Translations under genes and position numbers: made by a program
Source: a virus
Virus record (IMG/VR): IMGVR_UViG_3300044631_002648
Coordinates: 6,424 to 70,423 of that record
Length of the DNA stretch: 64,000 nucleotides
Strand: one strand, 5' to 3'
In this document: in pieces, positions 34,691 through 45,555 of the stretch
Layout of the letters: each line of letters opens with the position of its first letter
How positions within the stretch are numbered: position 1 is the first letter of the stretch
Notes under the pieces: model-generated
Seen by the model: the letters and a program-made list of their open reading frames with translations, nothing else
Databases searched by the model: none
Told to the model about the DNA's origin: nothing

Positions 34691-36175
34691 ATGTCGCTTG
34701 AAAACGATGTAAAAAGAGGATGGCATGAAGCGATTGTTGAGCTTTATGAAATAGACCTATCCACCATTGGAACTGGACTTTCGGACAAGTTTTTCTTGAC
34801 GAATCAAACAATGCCAGATAATTCGGCGGTGCGATTCAAGGGAAAAACATATACGGCTTTTCCCATCGAGGCTGGAGGTTTTGACAAGAATACAAGCGGA
34901 CAATTTGCCCGTCCTGAAATTACTGTTTCTAATGTTTTTGGCACATTTAGTGCTGCCATTGCTTCTGCAGAAGATTTAGTTGGTGCGAAAGTCACTCGTC
35001 GCCGCACATTGTTCAAATATCTGGATAACGGTCCTGATCCTGATTCGAGCCAAGAGTTTCCTGAGGATGTGTTCTTCATTGAACGCAAAAGTGCGGAAAC
35101 CAATTTGACTGTCACATGGCAGTTGGCCAGCAGAATCGATGTGGAAGGCATCTTGCTGCCGCGCCGTGTGATCACACAGGATGCATGCGTATGGCGCTAT
35201 AGGGGGCCTGAGTGTGGCTATTCGGGGCCACCAGTGGCCAATGAGTTTGACGGAGCTCCAGAGGGCTCTTCTGGTGCAGCGCAGGCCTATATCAATGCTC
35301 TCAGGGCATTGCTTGAGGCAAATGCAAGATTAAATTCCGCAATTGCAGAATTGGCAAATGCCGAAGCAGCAGAAGAAGTTGTCTGTGATATCGACATTAT
35401 CAAAGAAGGCGAGCCTGAATTTAACCTTCGCGATTCCAACGGTCCTTATACGTTTGGCATCTTGCAGGGCGGGCAATATTTCGCCGCTTACAAAGATGAC
35501 ACCCTTGTTCCTCCAGGGAAATTTGGCTTTGACAAACCTGTTGGAGAGGGAGAAGTTGGAGATGCTGCTTTTGGTGACCCACAAAATACTGGAAGAGGGC
35601 CAAACGGCAATGGCACTGGCCCTCTTTTCGCTATCAATCTTTTCCAGGCCATAAGAGATCCAGAAACTGGAGAAGTTACTGATGTTGTGCTAGTAAGCTC
35701 CACTTACGATCCGCCAAGAACATTTGCTTTTCGAGATTTAGAAGGCGAATTTGTTATTTGCATTGATGGCACCATCAGAAGGGAAGGCCCTATTAAAGAA
35801 CAGACAGAACCTGGGCAAGTACCGCCCACCGATGCTTTTGGCGGTCTTGGTGGTCAAGAATTTGCTTTTGCAGTGGGTGATCGAGAGGATAGAAATGCTG
35901 GCCCTGTGACTGATTTACGATTTCTTGAGCTATCAAGTGCTCAGTGTGACGCCGCAACGGGACGCACTGAAGATGCCCAGGCAGAGCTTGATGCTGCCAC
36001 TGCAGCGCAAGCAGCAGCTCAAGCTGCTTTCAATGCAGCTTTAGCTGCGCTTCCCGCAAATGATCCGCTTAGAGCAAGTGATCAATGTGGAAAGCGTTTG
36101 ACGAGCTGTCGTTTGCGTTTCGGCACGTCTACACTGCCCTTTGGCGGATTCCCTGGCGCCAATTTGTTCCAATGA
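34691..36175 (+). CDS. lambda gpL-like tail tip protein with large insertion
   Basis: VELYEIDL, P.ITVSN, DLVGAKVTRRRT..KYLD, LPRR.I...C.W.YRG.ECGY ... CGKRL..C.LRF...PFGGFPG. Confidence 0.88.
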   Translation: MSLENDVKRGWHEAIVELYEIDLSTIGTGLSDKFFLTNQTMPDNSAVRFKGKTYTAFPIEAGGFDKNTSGQFARPEITVSNVFGTFSAAIASAEDLVGAKVTRRRTLFKYLDNGPDPDSSQEFPEDVFFIERKSAETNLTVTWQLASRIDVEGILLPRRVITQDACVWRYRGPECGYSGPPVANEFDGAPEGSSGAAQAYINALRALLEANARLNSAIAELANAEAAEEVVCDIDIIKEGEPEFNLRDSNGPYTFGILQGGQYFAAYKDDTLVPPGKFGFDKPVGEGEVGDAAFGDPQNTGRGPNGNGTGPLFAINLFQAIRDPETGEVTDVVLVSSTYDPPRTFAFRDLEGEFVICIDGTIRREGPIKEQTEPGQVPPTDAFGGLGGQEFAFAVGDREDRNAGPVTDLRFLELSSAQCDAATGRTEDAQAELDAATAAQAAAQAAFNAALAALPANDPLRASDQCGKRLTSCRLRFGTSTLPFGGFPGANLFQ

Positions 36176-36879
36176 TCAAGCTTTCCCATTCCCTTAAAAA
36201 GGCCATTGCTTTTCAGGCTTCGCAATGTGCGCCCGAGGAATGCTGTGGATTCATTGTCGATGGTGAGATCATGCCATGCAAGAACGTGCATGATTCGCCA
36301 ACTACTAATTTTGCCATCAGAGCAGAAGACTATGTGAAGGCAGAGGAAAAGGGTAACATTGACGCCATTTACCATTCTCACATTGGAGGAATGGACGGCT
36401 TTTCAAAGCATGATGCAAAAGCGTGCAAACAGTCCAACATTCCGTGGGTGATGATTCAGCTTCCCACTCATAATTTCCATTACATCGATCCAACTGGCGA
36501 AGCGCCCTATGAAGGGCGCGAATGGTGCTATGGAGTGAGTGATTGCTATTCGTTGTTCCGCGATTTCTATGCTCGTGAATTCAATATTCACTTAGATGAT
36601 TTTGAGCGTGGCGATGACGAGGAATGGCTCAATCCTGAATGGCGCATGTTTGTTGATAATTACAGCAAGCAAGGCTTTTATGAGGTGGGCAGGCCAGAGC
36701 AAAAGGGCGATATGTTGCTGATGCGTCTTCAAGCGCCAGGGCCTAACCATGTGGGAGTGATGAATGGTAATGGTGCATGCTTCTACCATCACCTATCAAA
36801 CCGCCTTTCTCAGTCTTCTGTGTATGGTGGATACTGGGCTAAAGTGACAGTTAAAGTGTTGCGACATAAGGATCTATGA
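36172..36879 (+). CDS. lambda gpK-like protein (JAB/MPN + NlpC/P60)
   Basis: PEECCGFI, YHSH, DCYSL.RD, PNHVG. Confidence 0.9.
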   Translation: MIKLSHSLKKAIAFQASQCAPEECCGFIVDGEIMPCKNVHDSPTTNFAIRAEDYVKAEEKGNIDAIYHSHIGGMDGFSKHDAKACKQSNIPWVMIQLPTHNFHYIDPTGEAPYEGREWCYGVSDCYSLFRDFYAREFNIHLDDFERGDDEEWLNPEWRMFVDNYSKQGFYEVGRPEQKGDMLLMRLQAPGPNHVGVMNGNGACFYHHLSNRLSQSSVYGGYWAKVTVKVLRHKDL

Positions 36880-37487
36880 CGGGCACTAAAAGACGCTGGG
36901 TGGAAGTGAAGCTCCTTGGAGAGCTTGGTCGTAAGTTTGGCCGCCATTATCGCTTTATGGCATTGAATGCGCGTGAAGTGATTATTGCTTTGTCGCGACA
37001 GATTGAAGGGTTTCAGGAATATTTAGCCAATGCCCATGAGAACGGTATTGGCTTCAAGCTTGTTACGAAAGATCCAGAGGGTCTTGATTATGACGGAGTG
37101 TTTTTAAGCTGTGATCGCTTGGTGATGGCTCCAATTGTTACTGGAGCAGGCGGCAATGTAGGACAGATTTTGATTGGTGCTGCTCTTATCGCCTTAGCTT
37201 TCATTCCTGGCGTTGGCACTGTTGCCGCTACTGGTGCGTTTAGCAGCGTCGGCACCGCATTGTTTGGTCTTGGCGCCAGCTTGTTTCTTACTGGTATTGC
37301 AGGCTTATTGTCACCGCCTGTTCAAACGCCGACAAGTGATACAAAAAAGAAAGAAAGCTTTATTTTCGATAGGGCCACTGAACTTACCACTCAGGGCTTT
37401 CCCGTGCCATTGATTTATGGACGTTATCGCGTGCAGTCTTCTTTGGTGATTTCCTCCTCCATTGCTACTGAGCAAATTCCCATCTGA
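36876..37487 (+). CDS. lambda gpI-like tail assembly protein
   Basis: LLGELGRKFG, QGFPVPLIYG. Confidence 0.9.
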   Translation: MTGTKRRWVEVKLLGELGRKFGRHYRFMALNAREVIIALSRQIEGFQEYLANAHENGIGFKLVTKDPEGLDYDGVFLSCDRLVMAPIVTGAGGNVGQILIGAALIALAFIPGVGTVAATGAFSSVGTALFGLGASLFLTGIAGLLSPPVQTPTSDTKKKESFIFDRATELTTQGFPVPLIYGRYRVQSSLVISSSIATEQIPI

Positions 37488-37489
37488 TA

Positions 37490-39472
37490 ATGCAAAAGCT
37501 TTACGGAGAGAATCAGCGTTGGTGGATCACTGGCTCTGGCGGCGGTGGCAAAGGCGGCGGTGGTGCTCCCACTGAAGAACCTGACACGCTGCGAAGCAGG
37601 GCTGAAGCAAGTATTGTCGCAGCTATTTGCGAAGGCGAAGTAGAAGGCTTTCCAAGTGATGACCCAGAGGAACGAGGAAAGTTCATCTTCCTCAATGACA
37701 CACCGCTAATCAGCGAAAACGGCACTCCCAATTTCAATACAAAAGGCGATTCTGATGTAGAAATTCAGTTTGCAACTGGCACACAGTCGCAATCGCCATT
37801 GCAAGGTTTCCGCGACGTACGCATTGAACAGAGCATTGGCACAAAGCTTACAAAAGCTGCGGGGCGAGTGTCTGTAACCACCACACGCTCTGACATCAAT
37901 CGCATTGTTATTCGCATTGGAGTGGGATCACTTTTCAAAGTGGAGGACGAAGGGGATATTGTTGCTACATCCGTTGACTTCAATATCAGGATTTTTGATT
38001 CCGTTGGTGAAGAGCCAATTGTTGATGAAGATAAAACAATTGAAGGAAAGAGTAGAGGGCCATTCGATAGGGAGTATTTTTATGGCTTAACTGGCACTGG
38101 CCCGTGGACCGTTCGCGTGAGGCGTCTTAGCAATGATGCGAAAGATCTAAAAGTAAACAGTGATTTATTCTTTAAAGCAATTGTTGGCATCCTCGACGAT
38201 AAACTTGCCTATCCAAATACAGCATTAATTGGTGCCAAGTTTTCTGCTGAGGCATTCTCTAGCGTTCCCAGAGTATCGGTGGAAATTAAAGGGCTGAAAG
38301 TAAGAGTGCCCACTGGTATTAGTGCCGATGGTGTGTGGAGTGGAGAATTTACCACTGAATACAGCAACAATCCCGCATGGGTGTTCTTTGATCTGATCAC
38401 GAACGAACGCTATGGCACTGGACTTTTTATTGAGCCCGACGATGTGGATGTATTCTCGTTGTTCAAAATTGCTCAATATTGCGACGAGCAAGTATCGAAT
38501 GGCAGGGGCGGCTCCGAAAAGCGTTTCACTTTTAATGCTGTTATTAACAACAGGGCCGAAGCTTATGAAGTGATCAATGGCATCGCTGCTGCCTTTAGGG
38601 GCATGATTTATTTTGCTCAGGGCGCAATCATGGCCACCCAGGATCGCCCTGGATCAGTTGTGAGACAGTTCTCGCCTTCCAATGTGATTGTCGATGTCAA
38701 CGATCAAGGGGAATTAACTGGATCGCCTTTCATCTATGAGGGCACCGCCCTTAGGGCGCGGAGAACGGTGGCGCTTGTTTCCTATAACGACCGCGATGAT
38801 GATTTCAAGAGCAAAGTTGAATATGTAGAAGATCCGCAAGGTATTGCGCGATATGGCATTCGTGAAACTGAAATTAGAGCATTTGGCACTACCAGTCGCT
38901 CTCAGGCGCGACGAGTGGGCTATTGGACATTGCTCACCAACATGAATGAAACCGAGACAGTCAGCTTCAAGCTGACTGGCGAAGGTTATTTCTTAATGCC
39001 AGGAGAAATCATTGAAATTATCGATCCCAACAGGACGCCAGGATTAGCAGCGGGAAACATTGTGGAGGCCAGTACTGTGGGCATGGTGCTAGACCGAGAA
39101 GTGATGCTGGAAGCAGGAAAGTTTTACACAATGCTTATTCGCGATGGTAACCAGGAATTCAATATGACCATTACCAGCCCACCTGGCATGGTTTCCGTGG
39201 TGTCAGTTGCGCCTGCACTTACGCAGGCGCCAGAATCAGGATCCACGTTCTTCATTCGTGAAGCAGCAGCGGAAGGCAAGAAATATAGAGTGATGGGCCT
39301 CACTGAAGATGCTGGTATTGTCACTGTTCTCGCCACTGAATATTTTGAAGATAAATATGAGCTCATCGACAATCTGTCGCTGGGCTCGCCAACATTAATG
39401 TCTGTGGCATCTTCTCAAATGATTTCGATGCCTACTGTCAATCCTTCTTCTATTTCTTTTGCGGGACTATGA
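37490..39472 (+). CDS. lambda gpJ-like central tail tip (short)
   Basis: GGGKGG...D.LRS, ICEGEVEG, YPNTA, NNPAW..DL.T..RYG, YCDE.V. Confidence 0.9.
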   Translation: MQKLYGENQRWWITGSGGGGKGGGGAPTEEPDTLRSRAEASIVAAICEGEVEGFPSDDPEERGKFIFLNDTPLISENGTPNFNTKGDSDVEIQFATGTQSQSPLQGFRDVRIEQSIGTKLTKAAGRVSVTTTRSDINRIVIRIGVGSLFKVEDEGDIVATSVDFNIRIFDSVGEEPIVDEDKTIEGKSRGPFDREYFYGLTGTGPWTVRVRRLSNDAKDLKVNSDLFFKAIVGILDDKLAYPNTALIGAKFSAEAFSSVPRVSVEIKGLKVRVPTGISADGVWSGEFTTEYSNNPAWVFFDLITNERYGTGLFIEPDDVDVFSLFKIAQYCDEQVSNGRGGSEKRFTFNAVINNRAEAYEVINGIAAAFRGMIYFAQGAIMATQDRPGSVVRQFSPSNVIVDVNDQGELTGSPFIYEGTALRARRTVALVSYNDRDDDFKSKVEYVEDPQGIARYGIRETEIRAFGTTSRSQARRVGYWTLLTNMNETETVSFKLTGEGYFLMPGEIIEIIDPNRTPGLAAGNIVEASTVGMVLDREVMLEAGKFYTMLIRDGNQEFNMTITSPPGMVSVVSVAPALTQAPESGSTFFIREAAAEGKKYRVMGLTEDAGIVTVLATEYFEDKYELIDNLSLGSPTLMSVASSQMISMPTVNPSSISFAGL

Positions 39473-39867
39473 CGACAAGAGTGGAGATCACTTGGAATGT
39501 CCCGCAATATACGGGCTACTCCATCCTTAATACATTAAATCCAGCTATTTGCTGGCAGCGTCCAGTTAACAATCCCCTCATTCGTTCTTTTCAGGTGCAA
39601 ATGTTGCGCCAAGAAGAGGATATGTGGATGGACCTGGGGCAGACTGAGAAAAACTACGTTTATGTGGATGCTGTTGATTATGACATTAGATCTTCATATG
39701 TGATTCGCATTGCTACAATTGGCTTAAATGGGAAGCGTAGTGGTTGGTCTTATAGCTCTCGCTATGTTGCCTCTCCATTGCGATTTGATTTTGCCGCTGT
39801 TGATCCCGTTAGGCTACCAAACGGCGAAACAAAGCCGAACCAACGCCTTCTATTCTTGATGTTTTAA
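39469..39867 (+). CDS. FN3-like protein (possibly split gpJ C-terminus)
   Basis: ITWNVP...Y.IRI..IG.NG.RS.WS; ATGA overlap. Confidence 0.55.
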   Translation: MTTRVEITWNVPQYTGYSILNTLNPAICWQRPVNNPLIRSFQVQMLRQEEDMWMDLGQTEKNYVYVDAVDYDIRSSYVIRIATIGLNGKRSGWSYSSRYVASPLRFDFAAVDPVRLPNGETKPNQRLLFLMF

Positions 39868-39869
39868 TC

Positions 39870-40277
39870 ATGGCACTTTTCGGTCTTGATGCGGCGGGCA
39901 ACTCAGCGTACGTGCAGGCGCAGGGTGATGGCAGCATTACTGTTCCCTATATCTTGCAGCATGACATTCTGCCATCTGGCATTAAGAGCGCATGGGTGTC
40001 GAGTACAAGTGGAGTGGTTGTCGTTTCTGGAGTGACAGGAAAGTCTTTGCGTGTATTAAACGTAGTTTGTACGGCAACTAGCGGAGGTACTGTTCAGTTC
40101 CGCAGTGGCGCTTCTGGCGTTACATTGACGCCTGCGTTTCCCGTGTATGTATCAGGCTCTCCATTGTCCTACGGCAGTCCCATGGGACTATTTCAGACAA
40201 CTGCTGGAGAGGCTCTTCAGACTGTAGTTAGTAGCGGCATCGAATACCAGACTCTCGTCACATACCGCGAGGTGTAA
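39870..40277 (+). CDS. virion structural protein
   Basis: Beta-rich, tail region. Confidence 0.55.
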   Translation: MALFGLDAAGNSAYVQAQGDGSITVPYILQHDILPSGIKSAWVSSTSGVVVVSGVTGKSLRVLNVVCTATSGGTVQFRSGASGVTLTPAFPVYVSGSPLSYGSPMGLFQTTAGEALQTVVSSGIEYQTLVTYREV

Positions 40278-40279
40278 GC

Positions 40280-41110
40280 ATGGCTCGTATTGTCGGCTTT
40301 CTTGAGGGAGCCAATGGTCCACTGAATGGACGGCTTTTTGTCAAGGCGGGAGGCGCCTTTATTGGCGCCCCCGCCAAGGACTTGTCGTTCAAGGTGCAAG
40401 ACGGCATTGTTGACATTGAACTGCCAGCATGCCCTCCTGGCATGCCTTACTTTGTTGATTGGAAAGACACTGGTGACATTAGTCGCCTGCAATACGTAGA
40501 GCGCTGGCGTGTTCCAGCGGCTCCAGAGGTGAGCATCGAAGAGGTGCGAGGGCTGGTAAAGGCAAAACAGTCTCGCGTGCATGCAAATAGCGCAAAAGCG
40601 GAGCTGCTTGAAGCAAAGATGCTTAAAAGCGAGCTTGCAGAACTGGCGGCTAGTGTTCAAGCTCTTGAACAGGAAAATGCAAAACTATTGAGAGAAGTCA
40701 GCGAAGCTGAAAGTAAGGCTGCTGCAGCGCGAGCGAAGAGCGCATCAATGGTTTCAGAATTGTCTCATGCTCAAACCGAAGCGGTGAAGGCGAGACTTTC
40801 TCAACAAGAAGTGGTTATCGAGAAAATTGTAGAAAAGACCGTTACGCCTGCGGAATTCCAGCAAATCATTAGTGAACATCGCCAAGAGCTTGAGCTTATC
40901 AAGCAAGAAAACGAGGCCTTGAAAAAAGAAGCCCAAGATGCGTTTTCTCTTACAACGCATTATGCAAGTCTTCATTCCCAAATTGATAGACTTACATTGG
41001 AAAAGCAGCAGCTTTTATCTCGCATTGATGACCTGAAGCGTCCCAAGCGCAGCACTACATCGTTGCGTAACGAAGCAATTGCAAACCTCGACCGTCTAAT
41101 TAGTGGCTGA
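40280..41110 (+). CDS. coiled-coil protein
   Basis: Long heptad region. Confidence 0.6.
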   Translation: MARIVGFLEGANGPLNGRLFVKAGGAFIGAPAKDLSFKVQDGIVDIELPACPPGMPYFVDWKDTGDISRLQYVERWRVPAAPEVSIEEVRGLVKAKQSRVHANSAKAELLEAKMLKSELAELAASVQALEQENAKLLREVSEAESKAAAARAKSASMVSELSHAQTEAVKARLSQQEVVIEKIVEKTVTPAEFQQIISEHRQELELIKQENEALKKEAQDAFSLTTHYASLHSQIDRLTLEKQQLLSRIDDLKRPKRSTTSLRNEAIANLDRLISG

Positions 41111-41787
41111 TGGAAAGCATTAATGTAACCGTGAGAGAGGGCGACAGCTTTGATGAGCTGTACCTCGCTTTCCAGAAGCCTATTGGCACGTTTCGCGACT
41201 TCACTAATTCTGAGCTAATTGCTCAAATCAAGGAGACGTTTGGAGGTGAAGTTGTTGACACTTACAACATCACTAAGCTCGCGACAACTGGACATTTAAA
41301 GCTTGGTCTTTCGTCATCGCAAACCGAAGCATTGCGGAGAAACATCGCAATTGGCTACGAAGAGCGAGTGATTACTTATGATGTGGGCCGACAAGCTGCT
41401 GACCCAGCGGATATTGGCGCTCTCTACTTGTGGGACTTGAAAGAGTTGTTCTACGTTGAAGAGGGCAATGGTATTTTGAACATTACGCAGGGATCATTGA
41501 TTGATCCGCTTCTGCAAACATTCCGCCTTCGCGTGGAAACGATTGGTCGCCATAATCTTGGCCCCTCTGACATTGTTCGCATTACTGGAACAAGCGTTGC
41601 TGGCTACAATAGCACTTACACTTTTAATACACTGAGCATTGTTAATGAGCGGGTATTTGAAATTATACCCGCGCTAAATGTTCCCGTATTTAGTGCCGCT
41701 TCTTTTGGAGGCACTCTAAGAGTGCTAAAAGAGGATACGATTGTAATAGGCACACTGCAGGTTAAGCCCCGCATCACATCGATTTAA
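41110..41787 (+). CDS. BppU-like baseplate/fibre attachment protein
   Basis: NVTVREGDSF...AQIK...LGLS..QT..L...WDL...GTLQV.P.IT. Confidence 0.6.
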   Translation: MESINVTVREGDSFDELYLAFQKPIGTFRDFTNSELIAQIKETFGGEVVDTYNITKLATTGHLKLGLSSSQTEALRRNIAIGYEERVITYDVGRQAADPADIGALYLWDLKELFYVEEGNGILNITQGSLIDPLLQTFRLRVETIGRHNLGPSDIVRITGTSVAGYNSTYTFNTLSIVNERVFEIIPALNVPVFSAASFGGTLRVLKEDTIVIGTLQVKPRITSI

Positions 41788-41793
41788 GGAATC

Positions 41794-43344
41794 ATGCCTG
41801 ACATTGAAGAAGGTCAACAGGTAGTAACAGTTGGCAGATCAGAGCCTATTCAACCAGGCCAAGCGACTATGGAAAAGTCGCTGCCAGTTGCTATTGCCAG
41901 CGATCAGAGTCCGATTCCTATCCTTGACAATCTGAGCGCACCTTCAGAGGTGCGCGATGATTTGCTGGGCAATCCTCGCATTCAAACCAGTCTTTCGATT
42001 TGGGATTCGGTCAATATTCTTGACATCGATCCCAAGCTATGGAAGAAAACACAAGTACTAGAGGGTAGTCCCCTCTTTTCAACTGTCACCCACCTGCCTC
42101 TTGAGAGCGGCGCGCAGTTGCTTGTGAATAGCAATGCGCCCAACTCTACACAGGCGCAGTTGCAGAGCCGCCTTGTCTTCCCTTATCAGACAGGTCGTAT
42201 TACTGACGCAAGCTTTGGTATTAGCTTGCTGCTCAATCAAAATGCCACGCACGAAGCTGGTATTTACGACGAAAAGAACGGCTATATCGTGCGTTTTATT
42301 GGCGACGAAGTGTTCTTTGTTCGCCGCACTAATTCTGGGGAAACTCCTCAGAACAATGGTGCTCCTGCTGGCTCGACTGACTTTACAGTCACTGATCCCA
42401 CATCGATTTACTTCCAGCATCGTTACCGCTTGCTGCCAGAGGATCCCTCCGTCATGGAAGAGATTGTTCCTCGCAGTGCCTTCACTGGTGACAAGCTTGA
42501 TGGCGTGTTTCCGAGCGTTCACACGCTGAGCTTGTCCAATGTGACAATGTTCCGCATCCAGATGGGCTGGTATGGCGGTTCAGCCTGCAAATTGCTGGCT
42601 TACGTGCCAATTGACGAGAACCTGCCGCAGGGTTCGGAGCCCAAGAATGCGCGATGGGTGACCATCCATCAAATCAATACTTGCGACCGCATTCCGTTCC
42701 CAAGCCTTGGCAATCCGAATGTTCCGCTCACGTTCCGCGTTGAGAAAAATGGCAGCCTGCCGCAAGCGGTATTCCTGAAGATTTACGGCACCAAAGTTGA
42801 AATTGACGGCGGCGATGCTACAAAGTTTGATATTTACTCACGTGCATCTTCTGCGGTGCAGATCAATCCTGGAGTGCAACGTCCTCTAATCTCCATTCGA
42901 TGCAAGGAAAATATTGTTAACAATCAAGGTGCTATCACAAAGAATATTCTGCGTGCTGTGCCATTGTATGCCAACCTTTCTTCAACAAATAGGACTAAGT
43001 TTACGCTGATTAAGAATGCCAGTGGCATTGTAATTAATGGCGAAACTGTCGATCCTCAAGAGCAAAGCATCGCATGGTCATCAGCGGGTCAACTTTCTGC
43101 CATTGAAGTGAATACCACCGCTTCTGGTATTACTGGCGGTCAGGTGATTACTACATTTTTCACTGGTGATCAAGACGGACAGAATCTTGATCTAACCGAA
43201 ATTTTCCGTTACAACCGTGAATTCCTCACTCGTCCAATTTCAAACGAAGCTGGACAAGCTGGCGATGTTCTGACGCTTGTTGCAGAAAGCTTGGCGGCAA
43301 GTGGCAACACTGTTGCTGGCTCTCTCACCTGGGGCGAACGCTGA
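41794..43344 (+). CDS. virion protein, lectin/jelly-roll family paralogue 1
   Basis: FPYQTGR, G.YDE.NG, MFRI..GWYG motifs shared with the 43373 and 53260 ORFs. Confidence 0.65.
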   Translation: MPDIEEGQQVVTVGRSEPIQPGQATMEKSLPVAIASDQSPIPILDNLSAPSEVRDDLLGNPRIQTSLSIWDSVNILDIDPKLWKKTQVLEGSPLFSTVTHLPLESGAQLLVNSNAPNSTQAQLQSRLVFPYQTGRITDASFGISLLLNQNATHEAGIYDEKNGYIVRFIGDEVFFVRRTNSGETPQNNGAPAGSTDFTVTDPTSIYFQHRYRLLPEDPSVMEEIVPRSAFTGDKLDGVFPSVHTLSLSNVTMFRIQMGWYGGSACKLLAYVPIDENLPQGSEPKNARWVTIHQINTCDRIPFPSLGNPNVPLTFRVEKNGSLPQAVFLKIYGTKVEIDGGDATKFDIYSRASSAVQINPGVQRPLISIRCKENIVNNQGAITKNILRAVPLYANLSSTNRTKFTLIKNASGIVINGETVDPQEQSIAWSSAGQLSAIEVNTTASGITGGQVITTFFTGDQDGQNLDLTEIFRYNREFLTRPISNEAGQAGDVLTLVAESLAASGNTVAGSLTWGER

Positions 43345-43372
43345 TCGCCTTTTACATTGTTTGTGATTGCTC

Positions 43373-45553
43373 ATGGCAACTTATTACCAGCTTGGTCCTG
43401 AAGTAGGACGGAACCGTGTTGTTGTTGCGAGCGGCGCCAATGCTGGCGAAGTGCTCCAGGAAGCTGGTGAGTTTCCAGAAGGCCAAAAGTTCATGGCGGA
43501 GAGCATTCCAGTGGTGGCCCCACTGAAAGGCACTCCGCTTCCCATTAGTCCATATCTAGAAAAGCCTTCAGAAGTTAAGACTGACCTTCTCGGTAATGAC
43601 CGAGCAAGCAAAGCTCTTAGTCTTTTTAATTACACGGATGATTACGATTTCCGCGACGATGTTTACGTAACGGAAATTCAAGGCCTGAATGAAACAGGCG
43701 AAAACGATGAGGAAAGCGCCAAGTGGAGTCAGCTTGAGCGTGTAGGTATTAATTACAGCCCACTTCCCATTGGAAGCTTCCGTCACGATCCAAAGCGTCG
43801 TGGCATCAATATTGAACTTGCGAAAGCTACTGGCGGCTTCCAGCGTGCTCGCTTGAGCACGCGGAAGCGCTTCCGTTATCAAACTGGCCGCACATTGCGC
43901 ATGTCCGTATGTGCGCAGATGAGCCTTGCTGATCTGCCCGCATGCGAAAAGCTATGGGGTATTGGAGATAGTCAAGATGGCTTCTTCTTTCAAATTAGGG
44001 CTTCTGGCGTAGGCGACGATTTCAGAATTATTTATCGTCGTTCATCGGGCGATGGACTAACGAAAGAAGTGGTTGTTCCGCGTAGCGAATTCAACCATGA
44101 CCCGATGGATGGCACTGGCCTTAGTGGTGCCAACATTGATTTCACCAAGAATGCTATGTACTTGGTGGAATGGGGCTGGTATGGCGCCAGTTCTGCCCGC
44201 TTCTATGCATTTCTTGTAGATGAACAGGAGAATCTGCCTGTAACTGTCAAGAAGGTGCCTCGCGGTCGTTGGATTTTGATGCATGAATTGCTTATCCCCG
44301 ATACGCTTAATGCGCCAAGCTTGGGCACGCCTGTTTTGCCCTTTACGCTTGAGATTAGTAACACTGGCTACCTTGTTGAGCCTCAGTTCATCTTTAAGTA
44401 TGGACTTAGTGTGCAGGTGGACGGCGGCGAAAGTGAGAAGGCCGAAATCCTTGGTGCAGACTTGTCTAATGGACGGGACATTGGTCCCATTCTTGGCGGA
44501 GTGGCGCCATCCTCCTTCTTCCCAATTTTTGCCATTCGAGCAAAAGATTTCGCGAACAACAATATTTTGAATACGCTCCAAGGTCTTCCAAAGACATTGG
44601 AGCTGTTTGCAAATTACGGCACTGAGCTTGCTGTCATTCGAGACGCGGAATTCGACAGTCTTGATGAAGTGGGCCATTTCAATGGCAATCTTCCTGATGA
44701 TTCGGAAGGCGATTTTGGGCTCGCCGAATCGCTATTGCTAGCTCCTGGCGGCAATCTGTTGATTGCCACCTTGCTCTTCCCTGATGGCTTGAATGAGGCG
44801 TTTCAGATTATTGATGATGCTGTGCTCCAAGGTGTCTTGGTGACGCCTGATGGGTTTGAGCCCACCGATCCATTCCTGTTGCTTACAGAGCCTCCCGAGC
44901 AGCTTCCACTGTCGCTCCAGGACCGCTACATGGCAACTGACATGGGCACCTTGGAGGGCAACTATGTGGTGAAGAAGCTTGTGCGTGGCAAAGAACTCAC
45001 TCGCGTTTACATTCCGCCCAACAAAAATACCAACGTCAATCTCACCGCTATTTACGACTTGGTGCGAGAATCAATTACCACCGAATATGACAGTAAGTTT
45101 GATTTCCCAGTAGTGAATGAGGATTATCAAATTGTTGATATTTCTAACACTGGAGTGATCACGCTGGATAGGAAGCACACCATTGAAGAGGGCTTCCGTT
45201 TTGTTGTTAATAATGTCACTTACTATGCGCGTAGTATTCTCGGTGAATTTACACTGACAATTTCTGCCGAGCGCAAAGGCCCTCTGCTCATTCCACCTTT
45301 TGCAGAGCTTGAATATTGCCGAGTGTTTTACGACGTTGTTCTTGACAATGCAGTGGCCACTCGCGCACGTCCAATCGAGCAAAGCATTGTTGCATTTGCA
45401 GCGCGTCGAGTGGAAGATGGATTGCTTGTTACAAACTTCGGAGAAAAGAATGCTCAATGGATTAGGGCATCGAACTGCTCCACTAGCAATTCCTATAATG
45501 TGGTGAGCCCTGTGCCTGAAGTGAGGGCATTCCTTAACTATGGCTTGCGATAA
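43373..45553 (+). CDS. virion protein, lectin/jelly-roll family paralogue 2
   Basis: FRYQTGR, G.GD..DGFFF, FNHDPMDGTG.SG..IDFTK..MY..EWGWYGA. Confidence 0.65.
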   Translation: MATYYQLGPEVGRNRVVVASGANAGEVLQEAGEFPEGQKFMAESIPVVAPLKGTPLPISPYLEKPSEVKTDLLGNDRASKALSLFNYTDDYDFRDDVYVTEIQGLNETGENDEESAKWSQLERVGINYSPLPIGSFRHDPKRRGINIELAKATGGFQRARLSTRKRFRYQTGRTLRMSVCAQMSLADLPACEKLWGIGDSQDGFFFQIRASGVGDDFRIIYRRSSGDGLTKEVVVPRSEFNHDPMDGTGLSGANIDFTKNAMYLVEWGWYGASSARFYAFLVDEQENLPVTVKKVPRGRWILMHELLIPDTLNAPSLGTPVLPFTLEISNTGYLVEPQFIFKYGLSVQVDGGESEKAEILGADLSNGRDIGPILGGVAPSSFFPIFAIRAKDFANNNILNTLQGLPKTLELFANYGTELAVIRDAEFDSLDEVGHFNGNLPDDSEGDFGLAESLLLAPGGNLLIATLLFPDGLNEAFQIIDDAVLQGVLVTPDGFEPTDPFLLLTEPPEQLPLSLQDRYMATDMGTLEGNYVVKKLVRGKELTRVYIPPNKNTNVNLTAIYDLVRESITTEYDSKFDFPVVNEDYQIVDISNTGVITLDRKHTIEEGFRFVVNNVTYYARSILGEFTLTISAERKGPLLIPPFAELEYCRVFYDVVLDNAVATRARPIEQSIVAFAARRVEDGLLVTNFGEKNAQWIRASNCSTSNSYNVVSPVPEVRAFLNYGLR

Positions 45554-45555
45554 AC

